A stretch of DNA of 64,000 nucleotides from Octopus sinensis. Taxonomy: Eukaryota. Each line of letters begins with the position of its first letter. Within the stretch, counting starts at the first letter, position 1. Of the stretch, positions 38,896 to 55,324 are shown in pieces. The translations under genes were made by a program, and so were the position numbers. Location: the NCBI RefSeq assembly GCF_006345805.1, contig NC_043004.1:95728001-95792000 (forward strand), written 5' to 3'. Under the pieces are notes generated by a model. The model was not told where the DNA came from. It ran no database searches and saw only the letters and a list, made by a program, of their open reading frames with translations.

Positions 38896-39479
38896 GTTTA
38901 CATGTAACGAAATAGAAAGTAGAATAATAAAAAAAGGGGAAATATATATTGTATACAGTAGGGAAAGAATGATGATCGGGACATGGTCCTCTTGATACAG
39001 GAGTACCTAAAGAGATAATCAAGGAACCCCACCATCCAATATCTCCTGGAACACCAAGAGCCAGTGCCACCTTTAATTTCTGTTCTCCAACTCACAAGTC
39101 TATATTTAGAGCAGAAGAATCCACTTAACCCTTTTTTGCAACTTTCACTCACTTTTCAATAGATTCACTTCAGGACAGCATTTCCCTCTTTATCCTCACT
39201 TTCCTTTTTAAGTAAAACTTAAAAAAGCTGATGTTGTTTCCACCAGAGAGGTAAGTTTCTGTCCTTAATGCCTTTCAGCCTCGTCCACTAGACAACCTCT
39301 TTCACAATCGCAATGAAACAAAGGAAAACTATTTGATTAAAGGAAGGTGGCAGGGCATCATCACTAAGGACTTGGCTGATTGACAGATCTGTCCCACAGG
39401 CAACAGATGGTTTCCTCTCAAAGAAAAGACCAGATTGAATGATGTTTGTGCACAAAATGCAATGCTGCAGTGAGATGCA

Positions 39480-39800
39480 GCCCCATACAGAGAGCAAAGG
39501 ATTTATGAAAGCTAGGAAAAAAAAGAGAAGCATGCATGCTGTGCTGGATAAAGCCTGTTAGCATGTACAAACATTGGATATGGGAGTACAGATCAGCTTT
39601 GAGAAAAACAGGACATTAGAGGAATCTAAAGTAGTGTGCAAGAGAGAAAATCTGCATTGGTTAATGGTATGGGCATATGGTGCATGTAGAAGACAGTAGC
39701 TTTATATAAAGAAGCTTCAAAGCACTCAAAATGGTTGGAACTTACAGAAAAGGAAGACCCAGCAAGAAATGGGCCAAACTAATGAAGACTGATTTTAAGT
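39480..39800 (+). pseudogene. Highly decayed RTE C-terminal remnant
   Basis: Pieces SSVQER, WYGHMVHVED, RKGRPSKKWAKLMKTD. Confidence 0.55.
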
Positions 39801-40175
39801 GATGATGGCAACAAAAGGTTTAGGAGTAGACCACTCATCTATGCAAGCATGGCAGAATTACTTTTCGAATGGCGATCGTGATGAAGGCTGAGATGTATAA
39901 TATATTTGCTGCTTGGTCAGTCATCCAATATCATTTGGGATCAGACATCAATTAAGTTTAGCTGACTCTCTATTACTCTCTAATCTCTCTATCACTCACA
40001 CCTCTCCAGTCAGTTTTTCTTCTATTCAATGTACTATGCTGCCTGTGAAACTAAGAATAGAAGTGAACTTCGGCTAATCAACTTTAACATGCTGCCTATG
40101 TGACTGGAAATGGCACTGGATTTATATGACTCTCTCATCTCTCTGATATTCACTCTCCTTCCTAACCACTATACC

Positions 40176-40406
40176 TATTTCTTTACTACCCACAAGGGGC
40201 TAAACACAGAAGGGACAAACAAGGACAGACAAACGGATTAAGTCGTTTACATCCACCCCCAGTGCATAACTGGTACTTAATTTATCGACCCCGAAAGGAT
40301 GAAAGGTAAAGTCAACCTCGGCGGAATTTGAACTCAGAACTTAACAGCAGACGAAATATGGCTACGCATTTCGCCTAGCGTGCTAACGATTTTGCCCACT
40401 CGCCGG
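40176..40406 (-). mobile_element. SINE family B with ~15-bp TSD
   Basis: cctaaccactatacc at 40161-40175 and 40407-40421. Confidence 0.9.
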
Positions 40407-40804
40407 CCTAACCACTATACCATACCACTCATACAATGAAGAATTTCATGGGATATGCCCATATTCAATTACCTTAGAATCATAAAAGATGACATCAGAT
40501 CTGCTTGTATCCAATACAATCAGTCACCACCTTTTCTGTTCTGCCGGTTGTCACTCACTCTCTCTTTCCCAATACATTTATTACTGACATCTGTCACTCT
40601 TTCTTACCCATTGTATCCAATCATTATTCATCAATCACTCCCCTATATCCTTTTCCCCCCTCAATCACTCTGTTTCTACAATCAATTACTTCTTTTACTT
40701 ACCCATCCTGATTCCTCTTCAGTCATTGCTTTCTCTTCTTTCACCCTTTCGGTCATGCTTATCTTGAACAAATGAATCAGAGAGTAGTAAGGACACATTA
40801 GTCT

Positions 40805-41160
40805 CAACCCTCATTATTGCCAGCACCGCCCCGACTGGCCTCGTGCCGGTGGCACGTAAAAAGCACCATCCGATTGTGGCTGTTGCCAGCCTCGCCTGGC
40901 CCCCATGCCGGTGGCACGTAAAAAGCACCATCAGATTGTGGCCGTTGCCAGCCTCATCTGGCACCTGTGCCGGTGGCACATAAAAAGCACACACTACACT
41001 CACAGAGTGGTTGGCGTTAGGAAGGGCATCCAGCCGTAGAAACATTGCCAGATCAAACTGGGCCTGGTGCAGCCTTCTGGCTTCCCAGACCCCAGTTGAA
41101 CCGTCCAACCCATGCTAGCATGGAAAGCGGACGCTAAACGAAGATGATGATGATGATGAC
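40805..41160 (+). mobile_element. RTE 3'UTR fragment with internal subrepeats and (GAT)n tail
   Basis: Match to 21280-21658. Confidence 0.85.
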
Positions 41161-41420
41161 TACTGCTGATTGCAAAAGAAAAAGCATCCTGCACACATTG
41201 TAAAAGTGGTTGGCAAATGAACGAAGATTTCATAGGGTTGAGAAAAGCCATTAGTCATAAATGGTTATGACTCCTGTATTGGTGTTTTGACAAAAATGCA
41301 TACAAAGCAGTCTGTGAAGTGGTAAGCATCAGAGAAAGACATCTAAGCATAGAAAGATAGCCAAAAGTAGAACAGAGGCAAAAGAAGTGACCCTTCAACT
41401 TATTTAGTGAGAGCAGTAAT

Positions 41421-41657
41421 ACCTATTTCTTTATTACACACAAGGGGCTAAACATAGAGGGGACAAACAAGGACAGACATAGGTATTTAGTCAATTACAT
41501 CAACCCCAATGCGTAACTGGTACTTAATTTATCGACCCCGAAAGGATGAAAGGCAAAGTCGACCTCGACGGAATTTGAACTCAGAATGTAACGGCAGACG
41601 AAATACAGCTAAGCATTTCGCCCAGCGTGCTAACGATTCTGCCAGCTCGCCGCCTTA
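41421..41657 (-). mobile_element. SINE family B
   Basis: Homology; taatacc flanks. Confidence 0.88.
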
Positions 41658-42266
41658 ATAATACCAAAACAGTAATCCCGAACATATACCAACTCAGACT
41701 GTGACGACATATTTATCCCTATCAGCTTGGAAAATGGACATAAAAGAATAATGATAGTGATGATGATGATGATGATGGCAGTGGTGATGACGAAGATAAT
41801 GATGATGATGGTGGTGGTGAGGATGAGGATATTGTATTCACAGTACTATAAGCACTATAGTGTTCAGTACCTAGAAGTACTCTTTTTCTATGTTATGTAT
41901 ATAGTGAATGTTCTTTGGTTTTGGTTACATATTGCTCTGCATGTTTTTAATCATTTCCCAAATTAGCATCATTATTATCATTTTTGTTGTTGTTGTTATC
42001 CACTCCTCCTCCTCCTCCTCCTCATCATCATCATCATCTTTAGAATGGTGTCAAAATTGGTGGAAGGAAGTGGCGTTTGTTGTTGCCATTTAAAATGTCT
42101 TGGAAAAGAAGTGAAATAGACAGGCATAAATAATTGACTCCACTCACTTGAAAAGATCTTGATGTTCTGTCAGAGGAAACATTCCTGCTTCTTGACGCAA
42201 ATTAACTAAGTTTATTTGCCAGGAATTTGCTGCAAACAAAGCCAAAAAATAGCTTTCAACACTACT

Positions 42267-42297
<31 letters not shown>

Positions 42298-42380
42298 CAC
42301 CACCATTACTACTACTACTACTAGTCCAACCCATGCTAGCATGAAAAACGGACGCTAAATGATGATGATGACGACGACTA

Positions 42381-42415
<35 letters not shown>

Positions 42416-42837
42416 AGTAATAATATTAATAATAAACCGCGGAGTGGTTGGCGTTAGGAAGGGCATCCAGCTGTAGAAACACTGCCAGATCAGACTGGAG
42501 CCTGGGGCAGCCCCTGGCTCCCCAGAGCCTGGTCGAACCGTCCAACCTGTGCTAGCGCGGAAAACGGACGTTAAATGATGATGATGATGATGATGATGAA
42601 TAATCCTTTCTACTATTAGCACAAGACCTGAAATTTTGGGGGAAGGAGCAAGTCAATTACATCGACCCCAGTACTCAATTGGTATTTAATTTAACGACCC
42701 TGAAAGGATGAAAGGCAAAGTTGAACTCAGCGGAATTTGAACTCAGAACATAAAGATGGATGGAATGCTGCTACACATTTTGCCTGACGTGCTAACGTTT
42801 CTGCCAGCTCACTGCCTTTATGGGGATGATGATGATC

Positions 42838-42892
<55 letters not shown>

Positions 42893-42952
42893 TAATAATA
42901 ATAACAATAATAATAATAATAATAACAATAATAATAATAATAATAATAATAA

Positions 42953-43312
42953 TGCTCATTGAAATTGAGAAAATGTGGCATCTCAAGGCGGTTACAATAC
43001 CAGTGATTGTAGGAGCACTAGGAATGATCAAGAAGGGAACCGAAAATTATATGAGAATGATCCCTGGCTCACCATCCCTGCAAGAAGTGCAAAAGATTGT
43101 CTTAACTGGTACATCACACGTATTGAGAGGAGCATTGTCGATGTGAGAACTATTACTACCCATGTATTTTAATTTAACTTAAAAAAAAATTTTTTTTAAT
43201 TAACGAACTATTGAGTTTAGTTTAATGGCCTACCAATGTATACTATGAGTTTCTTTGCCCTAGGAGTCGGGAAGACACTTGGCAAGAAATGGAAGCAAAT
43301 TTGAAAGAAGAA

Positions 43313-43313
<1 letters not shown>
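42953..43313 (+). mobile_element. R4/Dong-type non-LTR 3' fragment, family 1
   Basis: IEIEKMWHLKAVTIPVIVGALGMIKKGTENYMRMIPGSPSLQEVQKIVLTGTSHVLRGALSM*, then a 3'UTR; (AAT)n on both sides. Confidence 0.85.
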
Positions 43314-43401
<88 letters not shown>

Positions 43402-43465
43402 TGATGATGATGATTATGACGATGATGATAATAATAATAATAACGATAATAATAATAATAATAAT

Positions 43466-43920
43466 AGCAACAAAACTATAGATATACCAGAGATAGAGAA
43501 ATTAAGGCCAACAGACCAGATATAGTTGTCAGAGATCAGGAAGAAAAAAATGCTTTGTAATTGATGTATCAATACCAACTGATGACAACGTTTCTCTTAA
43601 AGAAATGGAGAAACTTTCAAAATACAAAGACCTGGAAATAGAGGTAACTCGAATGTGAAATCTAAAAACAGAAACAATTCCTATCATAGTGGGCACATTA
43701 TGTATGACAGAAAAAATATTCAGACAAAAACGTAACAAAAATACCGAGACTAACAAATATGTATAGTATACAGAAAATTGCACTACTGGCCACTGCACAC
43801 ATCCTACGTAAAACACTTTTAATACTATAACCTTAAGAGCATCACAGCATATACCTAAGGCACTCAGAGCTATGCTCGGTGGTGCAGTGAAAGCACGTTA
43901 TAAAAATAAAACTACTGAAT
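43466..43920 (+). mobile_element. R4/Dong-type non-LTR 3' fragment, family 2, including the RLE nuclease motif
   Basis: RPDIVVRDQEEK..FVIDVSIPTDDNVSLKEMEKLSKYKDLEIEVTRM*NLKTETIPIIVG (PD..D restriction-like endonuclease); (AAT)n on both sides. Confidence 0.88.
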
Positions 43921-43936
43921 AACAACAATGATGATG

Positions 43937-44005
<69 letters not shown>

Positions 44006-44234
44006 TCATGTGCTGTTTATCTTGATATGAGATCACCATGTCGCATACATATGGTTGTGATGCATGTGCCAGGAGGGTTTGTTAGAGAGTAAGATGAAGA
44101 GAGTGGGTGAGTCAGTGAATAAGATAAAGGGAGGGGATGTAAAAATTTGGAAAATATTTCGTTTGTTATTCAACCAATTGTACCAGCCAATTGCTTTAAA
44201 ATAATTTATAACATTTGCAGAAAATGAAAAATAT

Positions 44235-44470
44235 AGGTGGCGAGCTGGCAGAAACATTAGCATGCCGGGTGAAACACTTAGCGGTATTTTGTCTGTCTTT
44301 ACGTTCTGAGTTCAAATTCTGCCGAGGTCGACTTCGCCTTTCATCCTTTCGGGGTCGATAAATTAAGTACCAGTTTTGCACTGGGCTCGATGTAATCGAC
44401 TTAATCCCTTTGTCTGACCTTGTGTGTCCCCTCTATGTTTAGCCCCCTGTGGGCAATAAAGAAATAAGAA
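44235..44470 (+). mobile_element. SINE family B
   Basis: Homology, sense orientation. Confidence 0.88.
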
Positions 44471-45830
44471 AAGGAGAAATAACAAGAGGAACGAGGTAGG
44501 GTAGTAAGAACTGAAGTAAGAACAATAAGCAAAAAAGGAAAAAAGGAAAAAGAGCTGAGCATTAGGGGAGGAATAACATGAGAAATGAGGGAAGTAAGAA
44601 TCTATGTAAGAATCTAAGTAAGGACAGCTGAGAAAGAAAGGAGAGATGGGAATGATTGCAAAAATAACAAGAGGAAAGCGGGATGTAATAACTTAAGTGC
44701 AATAAAGAGAAGAGATAGAAAGGATAGAAAGAACATATGGAAAAAGGAAAGTAAAAACCTAGTAAGGACAACAGGGAGAAGAAAGAAGGGTTGGAAATTA
44801 TAGAGAGAGAAACTTGTGAAGAGGAAGAGAAGAATAGTAAGAGAAATGTGTGATATAACTTGAAAACTAAAAATATATTAAGGGGAAAAGGATATAGAAA
44901 CTTAAAGAAAGACAATTTGGAATGAAGGAGAGAAAGAAAGGTTGTTATAGGAAGATAGTGGGAATAACAAATGGAAAATAAAGATAAAAGAATTAATTCT
45001 AAAGAAATAAAAGAACAAAGAGTGTATGAAAGTGAAAAATAATGGAGATAGAGGATAAAGGAAAGAAAAACTGTAAAAAGTATAAGATCTAAAAGAAGGA
45101 ATGTTATGAATTAATAAGGAAGAATATATATCTGTATGTAACTAAAACAAAATGAAATGTAGAAAGAATTACTAAATGAAGAATAATAAAAATAAATATA
45201 TATATATATGGTATAAGAAAGTATATGTAACAAAAATGAAGAATCATGATTAAAGAAGGTTAAAGAATGAAAAAGAAGCATAAATAAAACAGGAAGGAAG
45301 TATAAAGCAATGTACAACAATATAAATAATCAAGGAATGAAGATAATGGTATAAGAAAGAAAAGGAAACAGAGTATATGATAAAATAGTAGGAAAAATTA
45401 TAGAAAGTGTTAGGGATTCAAAAGGAATGAGATAAGAAAGAACTTACTATGAAAACAGAAGAAGCATCATTCACAAGCAAAGAAGAAATGATTAAGAAGT
45501 GAAAAAAAAAAAGACAAAAGGCAAAGAATGGAATAAAGGCAGGCAAGACAAAAGAAATAAGAAAAGGAAGAATATAGAATGAAAATAGAATGGTAAAAAT
45601 GGAAAAAAAAAAAAATCAACAATCGTAAAATAAGGGGAGTAAATACATAAAGAAAAGTATAAAATTAATTCTTTAAAAAAAAAGGATAAACATATAAAAG
45701 GAAAAAAGAAAACTGCAAAAATAAAAGAATTAAAAATTAATAAAAGACAAGTAAAAGGTAAAACATAAAAATAAACATAAAAAAGCTGTTTGAACAAAAA
45801 GAATAAGGAAAAGAATAAGAAGAAAGCATG
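44470..45830. repeat. Long purine-rich (A/G) low-complexity tract
   Basis: Strong strand asymmetry; no periodic unit visible. Confidence 0.8.
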
Positions 45831-45984
45831 CATTCATGTATGCGTATGTGCATGTGTGCATGTGTGTGCGTGTATACACATACAGATATTTATTAGTATA
45901 TATAGGTACATACATATATACATATATATTTATATGCAAGTGTAAGCATGTACACATATATATATATATATGTGTGTGTGTATG

Positions 45985-46061
<77 letters not shown>

Positions 46062-47271
46062 CTGTATGCATATATGTATGTATATGTGTATATCTACACA
46101 GTTACTAAAAGAGGGGAGAAAAATAAATGCATGCAACAATGAAAGAAATACAATGAAGGAAATTAAGAAGGAAACAACAATAAAAAGAAACAAAAGGAAA
46201 ACCTCAAAGTGTTTGTTGTGTAAACTAATGAATAATTAAAACATAATTATCTCATGTTGTTCATTGGTAAGATTAGAGCAGTGAAGTTAATATTCTTAAC
46301 GAAGGTTTGACAGCATTTGCAGACTTAATCCAATCAAACATGGAGACTTTAATAACAATGATAGTGTTGGTGATGGTGGTGTTGATGGTAGTGGTGGTAG
46401 TGGTGGTGATGGTGATGGTGGTGGTGGTGGTGGTTGTGGCAGTTGTGGAGGTGGTTATGTGTGATGTTGATTGCTTGTTCTAGATTGGAATGGCAAAGGG
46501 GTATATCAGGTGGAAAGCTGGTTGATAGAAGCAAAGGAGGTGAAGAGAATGGATGTGTAGAGCTGTTTCAAATTCCTCAATTGATCATTTAGTTTTAATT
46601 TGCATCCACACACACAGACACATACTCACATGCACATTCACACACACACGCACATCCACACACATACATATGCATATACACACAAAACACATCCATGTAT
46701 GCACATCTGTATGTATATATATATATGCATATGCATGCATACACATATACTGACCCACACTTTTAAGTATATATGTACAAACAAAACAGCTATACACACA
46801 CATGCATAAGGGTGTATATATATAATCTATACATGTGTATAGATATATATGTATGTGTGTGTATATATATATCTATACATGTGTATAGATATATATGTAT
46901 GTGCATGTGTATATATATATATATATACACACGCACACATATATATTGTTTGCTGGTGTGTGTGTGTGTATGTGTGTGTGCATTAAAGAAAATAAGTACA
47001 AATATCAAAAAATATACACACAGGACTTATTTAAAGAAGATTTAAAATGTAAATAAAAGGACAATTGCTATCACCACCACCACTACCATCACCACCACCA
47101 CCACCGTCGTCGTCGTCATCATCGTCATCATCGACAGGAGGTTCAGTTTTCCTTATCCTTTATAGAGTTGCTTTGGACAGTGATGCAAAATAGATTAATT
47201 AAAAAAGCATGCAGATTAGGTGAGAGCACGCTGCCATCTTTACATCATCATCACTGTCAGCATCACCAGTG

Positions 47272-47316
<45 letters not shown>

Positions 47317-48039
47317 GCGTCATTGCCATCATTTTCATCGTCTTCATCATTCTGGGGATTAATCCATCTTGTGATTATTTACATTTCTACAATGATACAC
47401 ATTACTGCTATTTCACTGTTTTTAATTATCAGAAAACATGTTAAATAAATAATGAAATGTATTGTGAAATGATGGTTTTGCTGGTATGGTGGTGTGGAGA
47501 TCTTGGTGGTGGTGATAGTAGTTGTAATAATAATGATAACAGTTATGTAATGGTGTAGTGGTGATGATGATGATGATGATGATGATTCCTTTATTCTTTT
47601 ACTCTTTTACTTGTTTCACCCATTTGACTGCGGTCACGCTGGAGCACCACCTGATAATAATATTAATAATCCTGTCTACTATAGGCACAAGGTCTGGAAT
47701 TTCCTGGGAGAAGGATAGTCAATCACATTGACTCCAGTACACAACTGGTACTCAATTTATTGACACTGAAAGGATGAAAGGCTAAGTTGACCTCAGCAGA
47801 GTTTGAACTCAGAATGTAAAGATGGATGAAATGCCACTAAGCATTTTTCCTGGCTTGCTAACAATTCTGCCAGCAGCTTACCAACAACGGCAACTAAAGT
47901 GAGATCACAGCCATGACCGATGCCAGTGTTGCATGTCTGGCCCATTTAAAAGTACCCTTGCTGTGTTGGGTGATATGATATACTTGATTAGACCTGTTGA
48001 GTCAAGTAAAACTAAAATCGTAGCTGTGGCCAGTGTCCC

Positions 48040-48310
48040 TTGACTGTCTCCCATGCCAGTGGAATGTTAAATGCACCATTCAAACGTGATCGATGCTAGG
48101 GCCACCTGACTGGCTTCCATGCCGGTGGCAAATAAAAAGTACTCACTACACTCTCGGAGTGGTTGGCATTTGGAAGGGCATCCAGCTATAGAAACATTGC
48201 CAGATCAAATTGGAGCCTGGTGCATCTGCTGGCTTTCCAGACCTCAGTCAAACCGTCCAACCCATGCCAGCTTGGAAAACGGACGTTACGTGATGATGAT
48301 GGTGATAATG
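48040..48310 (+). mobile_element. RTE 3'UTR fragment
   Basis: Match to the 21280-21658 tail. Confidence 0.8.
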
Positions 48311-48678
48311 ATGAATAATAATAATAACAACAGCAATAATATTTGTTTCAAATTTTGGCCAGCAATTTTGTGGGAGCGGTTACATCAATTACATTGACTT
48401 TGGTACTCAACTGGTTCTTGTTTTATTAACCCTGAAAGGATGAACCATGACAACATTTGAATTAGAAGATAAGAAGCCATAAGCATTTTGTCCAGTGTGG
48501 TACCTCATCTGCCACTTTGCTGCTTTTGAATAATAACTAGCAGTATAACCTGGCTTTATGTCAGGATTATTAAGCTAATCAAGTTTTTTATTTCAAACCA
48601 AACTGAGTAACATCGATGTCAAATTTGGGCAAAATCCATTGAAATTAGTTTATATATACATACATACATATATATACA

Positions 48679-50315
<1,637 letters not shown>

Positions 50316-50580
50316 TTTTTATATATATATATATATACACACACTATTATTATTATTATTATTATTACCATTTAAAATTTTTGCCACAAGAGCAGCTTGG
50401 TGGAGGTGGGAATGAGTCAATTACATTGACCCCAGTGTTCAACTGGTATTTATTTTATCAACACCGAAAGGATGAAAGGCAAAACAGACCTTGGCAGCAT
50501 TTGGACTCAGAATGTAAAGACAGATAAAACGCAGTTAAACACTGTGCCTAGCATGCTAATGATACTGCCAGCTCGCTGCC

Positions 50581-50659
<79 letters not shown>

Positions 50660-50856
50660 AAATAAGCATCAGTTGCATACTGGGCTCGATCTACTCGACT
50701 GGCACCCTGCCGCAAAATTTTGGGCTTTGTGCCTAGAGTAGAAAAGAATAAATTAAGTATCAGTTGAGCGGTGGGATTGAAGTAATTGATTGATCCTTTC
50801 CCACAAAACTGGTGACCTTGTGCTAAAATTTGAAATCAGTATAATACATTATAGGT

Positions 50857-51245
50857 ACAGGCATGGGTATGTGGTAAATAGCTCACTTATCAACCATATG
50901 GTTCTGAGTTCAGTCCCACTGTGTGGCACCTTGGGTAAGTATCTTCTGCTATAGCCTCGGGCTGACCAAAGTCTTGTGAGTGGATTTGGTAGATGGAAAC
51001 TGAAAGAAGCCCATCAAATATATATATATATATGTATATATGTATATGTTTGTGTGTCTGTGTTTGTCACACCCTCACCATCACTTGACAACCAATATTG
51101 ATGCGTTTACGTCCCCACAACTTAGTGGTTCGGTAGAATAAGTACTAGGCTTACAAAGAATAAGTCCTGGGGTTGATTTGTTCAACTAAAGCTGGTGCTC
51201 CAGCATGGCCACAGTCAAATGAGTGAAACAAGTAAAAGAAATAAG
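50857..51245 (+). mobile_element. SINE family A
   Basis: Homology. Confidence 0.85.
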
Positions 51246-51719
51246 AATATGTGCTTCAAACGATTTTGAAAATAACTATGGATTTGGTAGGATTAATTTT
51301 CTGTTGCTTTTATCTTTTAGTCAAGAGGGAAGATAATGTTTTAATTTGCAGCTTTGAAAGTGATAAAACTAAGAATGGCCTCAAGCAGATTTAAAGAGTG
51401 AAACCAATATAAGAATGTATTGTTCTTACTTTAAAAAGCAATGTTAATGTAAGGATTTTCTTTGTTATTAAGCAGTGGAACCAATGTAAGATTACAAATA
51501 GCTACTGTCTTAAACAGAAGGAAATGTAGGAATGTTGAATCTCAAAGCAAAGAAATCTATAAAGAATAACATGTAAATTTTGAGTAAAAAATCTTTTGGA
51601 CAGGAAAAGTAGTTAGGACAGGTGATATGGATCTCTTGGACCTACATCTCTTATCCTGATTTCTGTGGTAATGTCTATGAACTGACTGAGCCAAAAGATA
51701 TATATTATTAGCAGAGACA

Positions 51720-52130
51720 TAAGGCAGCTAGCTGGCAGAATCGTTAGCATACTGGGCAAAAATGCTTATGGTATTTCATCTGCCGTTACGTTATGAGTTC
51801 AAATTCTGCTGAGGTCGTCTTTGCCTTTCATCCTTTTGGGGTCGATAAATTAAGTACCAGTTTTATACTGGAGTTGATCTAATCAACTGGCCCCTTCCCC
51901 ACAAAAGTTTTTGGCCTTGTGCCTAGAGCAAAAAAGAATTGTTAGCATGCAGGGCAAAATGTTAGCAGTATTTTGTTCATCTTTACACTCTGAGTTCAAA
52001 TTCTGCTCAGGTTGACTTGCCCTCCTTTCGGGGTCAATAAAATAAGTATAAGTAACATTTGATTACTAGGATCAATTTGATCAATTTATACACTTGCTGA
52101 GATTGCTGGTCCTGTGCCAAAATTTGAAAT
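51720..52130 (+). mobile_element. Two family B variant SINEs in tandem
   Basis: Homology to 7008-7230. Confidence 0.75.
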
Positions 52131-52519
52131 CATTATTAGCAGATACACAAAATATGCAATTAAAAACTTACCAAAGATAATGTCAAGTATAACATTGGGC
52201 AACATAACTTGGTGGTGATGTGGTTTTATTTTGCTAGTTTTCCAAAGATGAATGTTATATAATGAGGATATGGAAATTCAAACAACTCCACTTAAATTGA
52301 CTATAAGGAATTTTACTTAAGGATTCACATGTTTTGAGGAAGGGCTGTAAATTTTTGTTAATAATCGTCCATGTTGTGAGCGTAACATAGAACTTATAAG
52401 AGGAGTTTACAATGATCTCAGTTCCTATACTGAGCTGTACAAGACAATGATGCATCGTAAACATTAAACAATTTTGGACAAGATCTTCACTCCAGAATTT
52501 GATGATCATGAACTATAAG

Positions 52520-52917
52520 CGTAGGCGTGGCTGTGTGGTAAGTAGCTTGCTTACAAACCACATGGTTCCAGGTTCAGTCCCACTGCGTAGCACCTTGGGC
52601 AAGTGTCTTCTACTATAACTTCAAACCGACCAAAACCTTGTGAGTGGATTTGGTAGATGGAAACAAAGAAACTCGTCATATATATGTATATATATGTGTG
52701 TGTGTATATATGTTTGTGTGTCTGTATTTGTCCCCCACAACATCACTTGACAACCAATGCTGGTGGGTTTACGTTCCCGTAACCTAGCGGTTCAGCAAAA
52801 GAGACCAATAGAATAAGTACTAGGCTTACAAAGAATAAGCCCTGGGGTCGATTTGCTCAACTAAAGGTGGTGCTCTAGGATGGCCACAGTCAAATGACTG
52901 AAACAAGTAAAAGAGTA
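52520..52917 (+). mobile_element. SINE family A
   Basis: Homology. Confidence 0.88.
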
Positions 52918-53836
52918 TATAAGATGGTATCGAAAAGTTCCTGGACTAGTTCTGTAGCACACGAACAGATGGCATTCCATAGCTGAGTGCATAGTGAAAT
53001 CTAGCAGAGACGTTCATGAGGCACTGTGCTGAGTGACATCACTGTGTTTACTTTGCAAGTTGTAAAATTTGTGTCTTTGTGATCACATCTATGCTGTAGT
53101 CTGTGATTTTGTCATGGACAAGAACAAAGACCCAACCTGAAATTTTGTGTTAAACTTGGGACGTCTACTACAAGGACAGTGAGCAAGCTTGGCAAGCTTA
53201 TGGCAATGAGGCAATGGATCACATACAATGTTCTGAGTGGCACAATCGCTTCAAAAGGTGGAAGAACAACCCAGAAAGAAGATGAGTGATTTGGAAAACC
53301 TGTGATGAGTGTCAGCCCTGAAATGTGGCATTGTCCATTGAAAATTTGTTCTCCAGAGCCAGACTGTCAATCAAGAGTTCTTCTGCAACGTTTTGAAGTA
53401 TCTGAAAGAAGACATTTGGTGAAAGCAACCAGATCTGTGGAATTCAAATAACTGGATTCTTCACGATGACAATGTCCTCTGTCACTGTGCTTTGCTCACT
53501 CATGAATTTCTCACCAAAACCAACATGGTATCACTTCTGCATTGACTCTGTTCATCAGATTTAGCACCTATGGACTTCCATCTCTCCCCCAAGATGAAAA
53601 TGCAGTTCAAAGGTCACCGTTTTAACGATGTTGTCAACATCTAGATTAAACTGCAGAAGGCCCTCGGCTCACAGAAAATGACTTTTAGGCCAGATTCCAA
53701 AATTGGCAGGAATGCTGGAACCAGTGTATTGCTGAGCAAGGTTACTATTTTGAAGGAATTGATGTTAAAACTTGGGTAAATAACTTATTTTTCACTAAAC
53801 ATAACGAGTCCTGGAAGTTTTTGATACCATCCTGTA
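52918..53836 (+). mobile_element. Internally deleted mariner (different subfamily), transposase pseudogene
   Basis: TIRs tataagatggtatcgaaaagttcctggact / agtcctggaagtttttgataccatcctgta; PEQTVNQEFFCNVLKYLKEDI, WILHDDN, SDLAPMDFHL, FKGHRF. Confidence 0.88.
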
Positions 53837-53844
53837 TGAGAGGA

Positions 53845-54050
53845 AATCATCATCATCATCATCATCATCGTTTAACGTCCGTTCTCCATGCTAGCATGGG
53901 TTGGACGGTTCGACCGGGGATCTGGGAAGCCAGAAGGCTGCACCAGGCTCCGGTCTTATCTGGCAATGTTTCTACAGCTGGATGCCCTTCCTAATGCCAA
54001 CCACTCCGTGAGTGTAGTGGGTGCTTTTTACATGCCACCTGCACTGGTGC
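53845..54050 (-). mobile_element. RTE 3'UTR fragment
   Basis: (CAT)n followed by gtttaacgtccgttctccatgctagc. Confidence 0.85.
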
Positions 54051-54827
54051 CTTTCTTAATATAACTATATTGGCAAAAGTATATTTCTAGTATATTAATA
54101 TTCATATAAACATTTTGATTAAAAGTGTTAATTGTAAACTTTTCATATTTAATAATATAATTTTTGAAATTAAAAAGACTTTGCCAATTGAGTTTAAAAG
54201 TAATACAAAACGATGGGTAACATAATATTGAAAGTTTGCAGATGTCAGGATTTTTTTATTTAAAATGTCCTCATTTAATATGCAATTACAAATTAATCAT
54301 GTTAATCTATTGTCACAAGTCTATTAGAAGTAGGTTTTAGAAGGTGACAAGATGCTTTTTAAAACCATTTTTAAGGTCCTCTAGACTGCAATTAATGTGG
54401 TTAACATTGTTCAAAATTATGGTAGATTATCAATTGATTTTAAGTTTTGGCACAGGCCAGAAGTTTTGGGGAACAGACTAAATCGGTTAAATTGATTCCA
54501 GTGCTCGACTGATACTTATTTTATCAACCTTGAAAGGATGAAAGGCAGAGTCGACCTCAGCAGAATTTGAACCAGAATGTAGAGACAGATGAAATGCTGC
54601 TAAGTATTTTCCTGCTTTGCTAACAATTCTGCAGCTTGCTGCTCTTATTAGATTATTAATTAATAATAAAGTGTGAGAAGTAAGAGAGTTCCAGTGAGAT
54701 GAATTTGAGGTAAAAAGGAAAGTGGTTCAATCATGTTTCCTTGGATTCTTGATCTTACCCCATTTAAAATAAAGCTGCAAGGGTAGCAACAATTGGGAGT
54801 TAGAAGAGGTAAATGCTATGAATGGGT

Positions 54828-54995
54828 TTAACCCTTTAGTATTTAAACCGGCCATATCCGGCCAAAATAGTTAATCTGTTTTTTGTTCAAACTGACCAGA
54901 TCCAGGCTCTCACACCTACCCTACAATGTTATTCTTCATCAAGTAATTACACCATCAAGATCTTGAAGATATGAGATAATGCATGATTAATTAAT
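54828..54995 (+). mobile_element. piggyBac-type MITE, truncated
   Basis: ttaaccctttagtatttaaaccggcc start. Confidence 0.7.
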
Positions 54996-55324
54996 GTCTT
55001 TTATCCTCCCAGCAACTCCCATTCCAGCAACGCCACATCTCACACTGTCAAGAAACTTTGTGATAAGAACATACCCTATTACAATACTATGATTCTTACT
55101 TATTCTGTAATGTTTTTAAGTGTACATATTGTTGTGTGTATGTTTAGAATTTGTTATTTTCGTACATAAAAGTGGTTATGTTGTTCGTTTTTGCTGAGGT
55201 TTTGGAAAAATCCGTCGGAACATATTATCACTTTATAACATGAAAATTAATGGGAAAATTTATTTTGCATTACAGCAAGTTTATCTGGAACAGATTACTC
55301 CCATAATGTGGGGGGATTCCTGTA

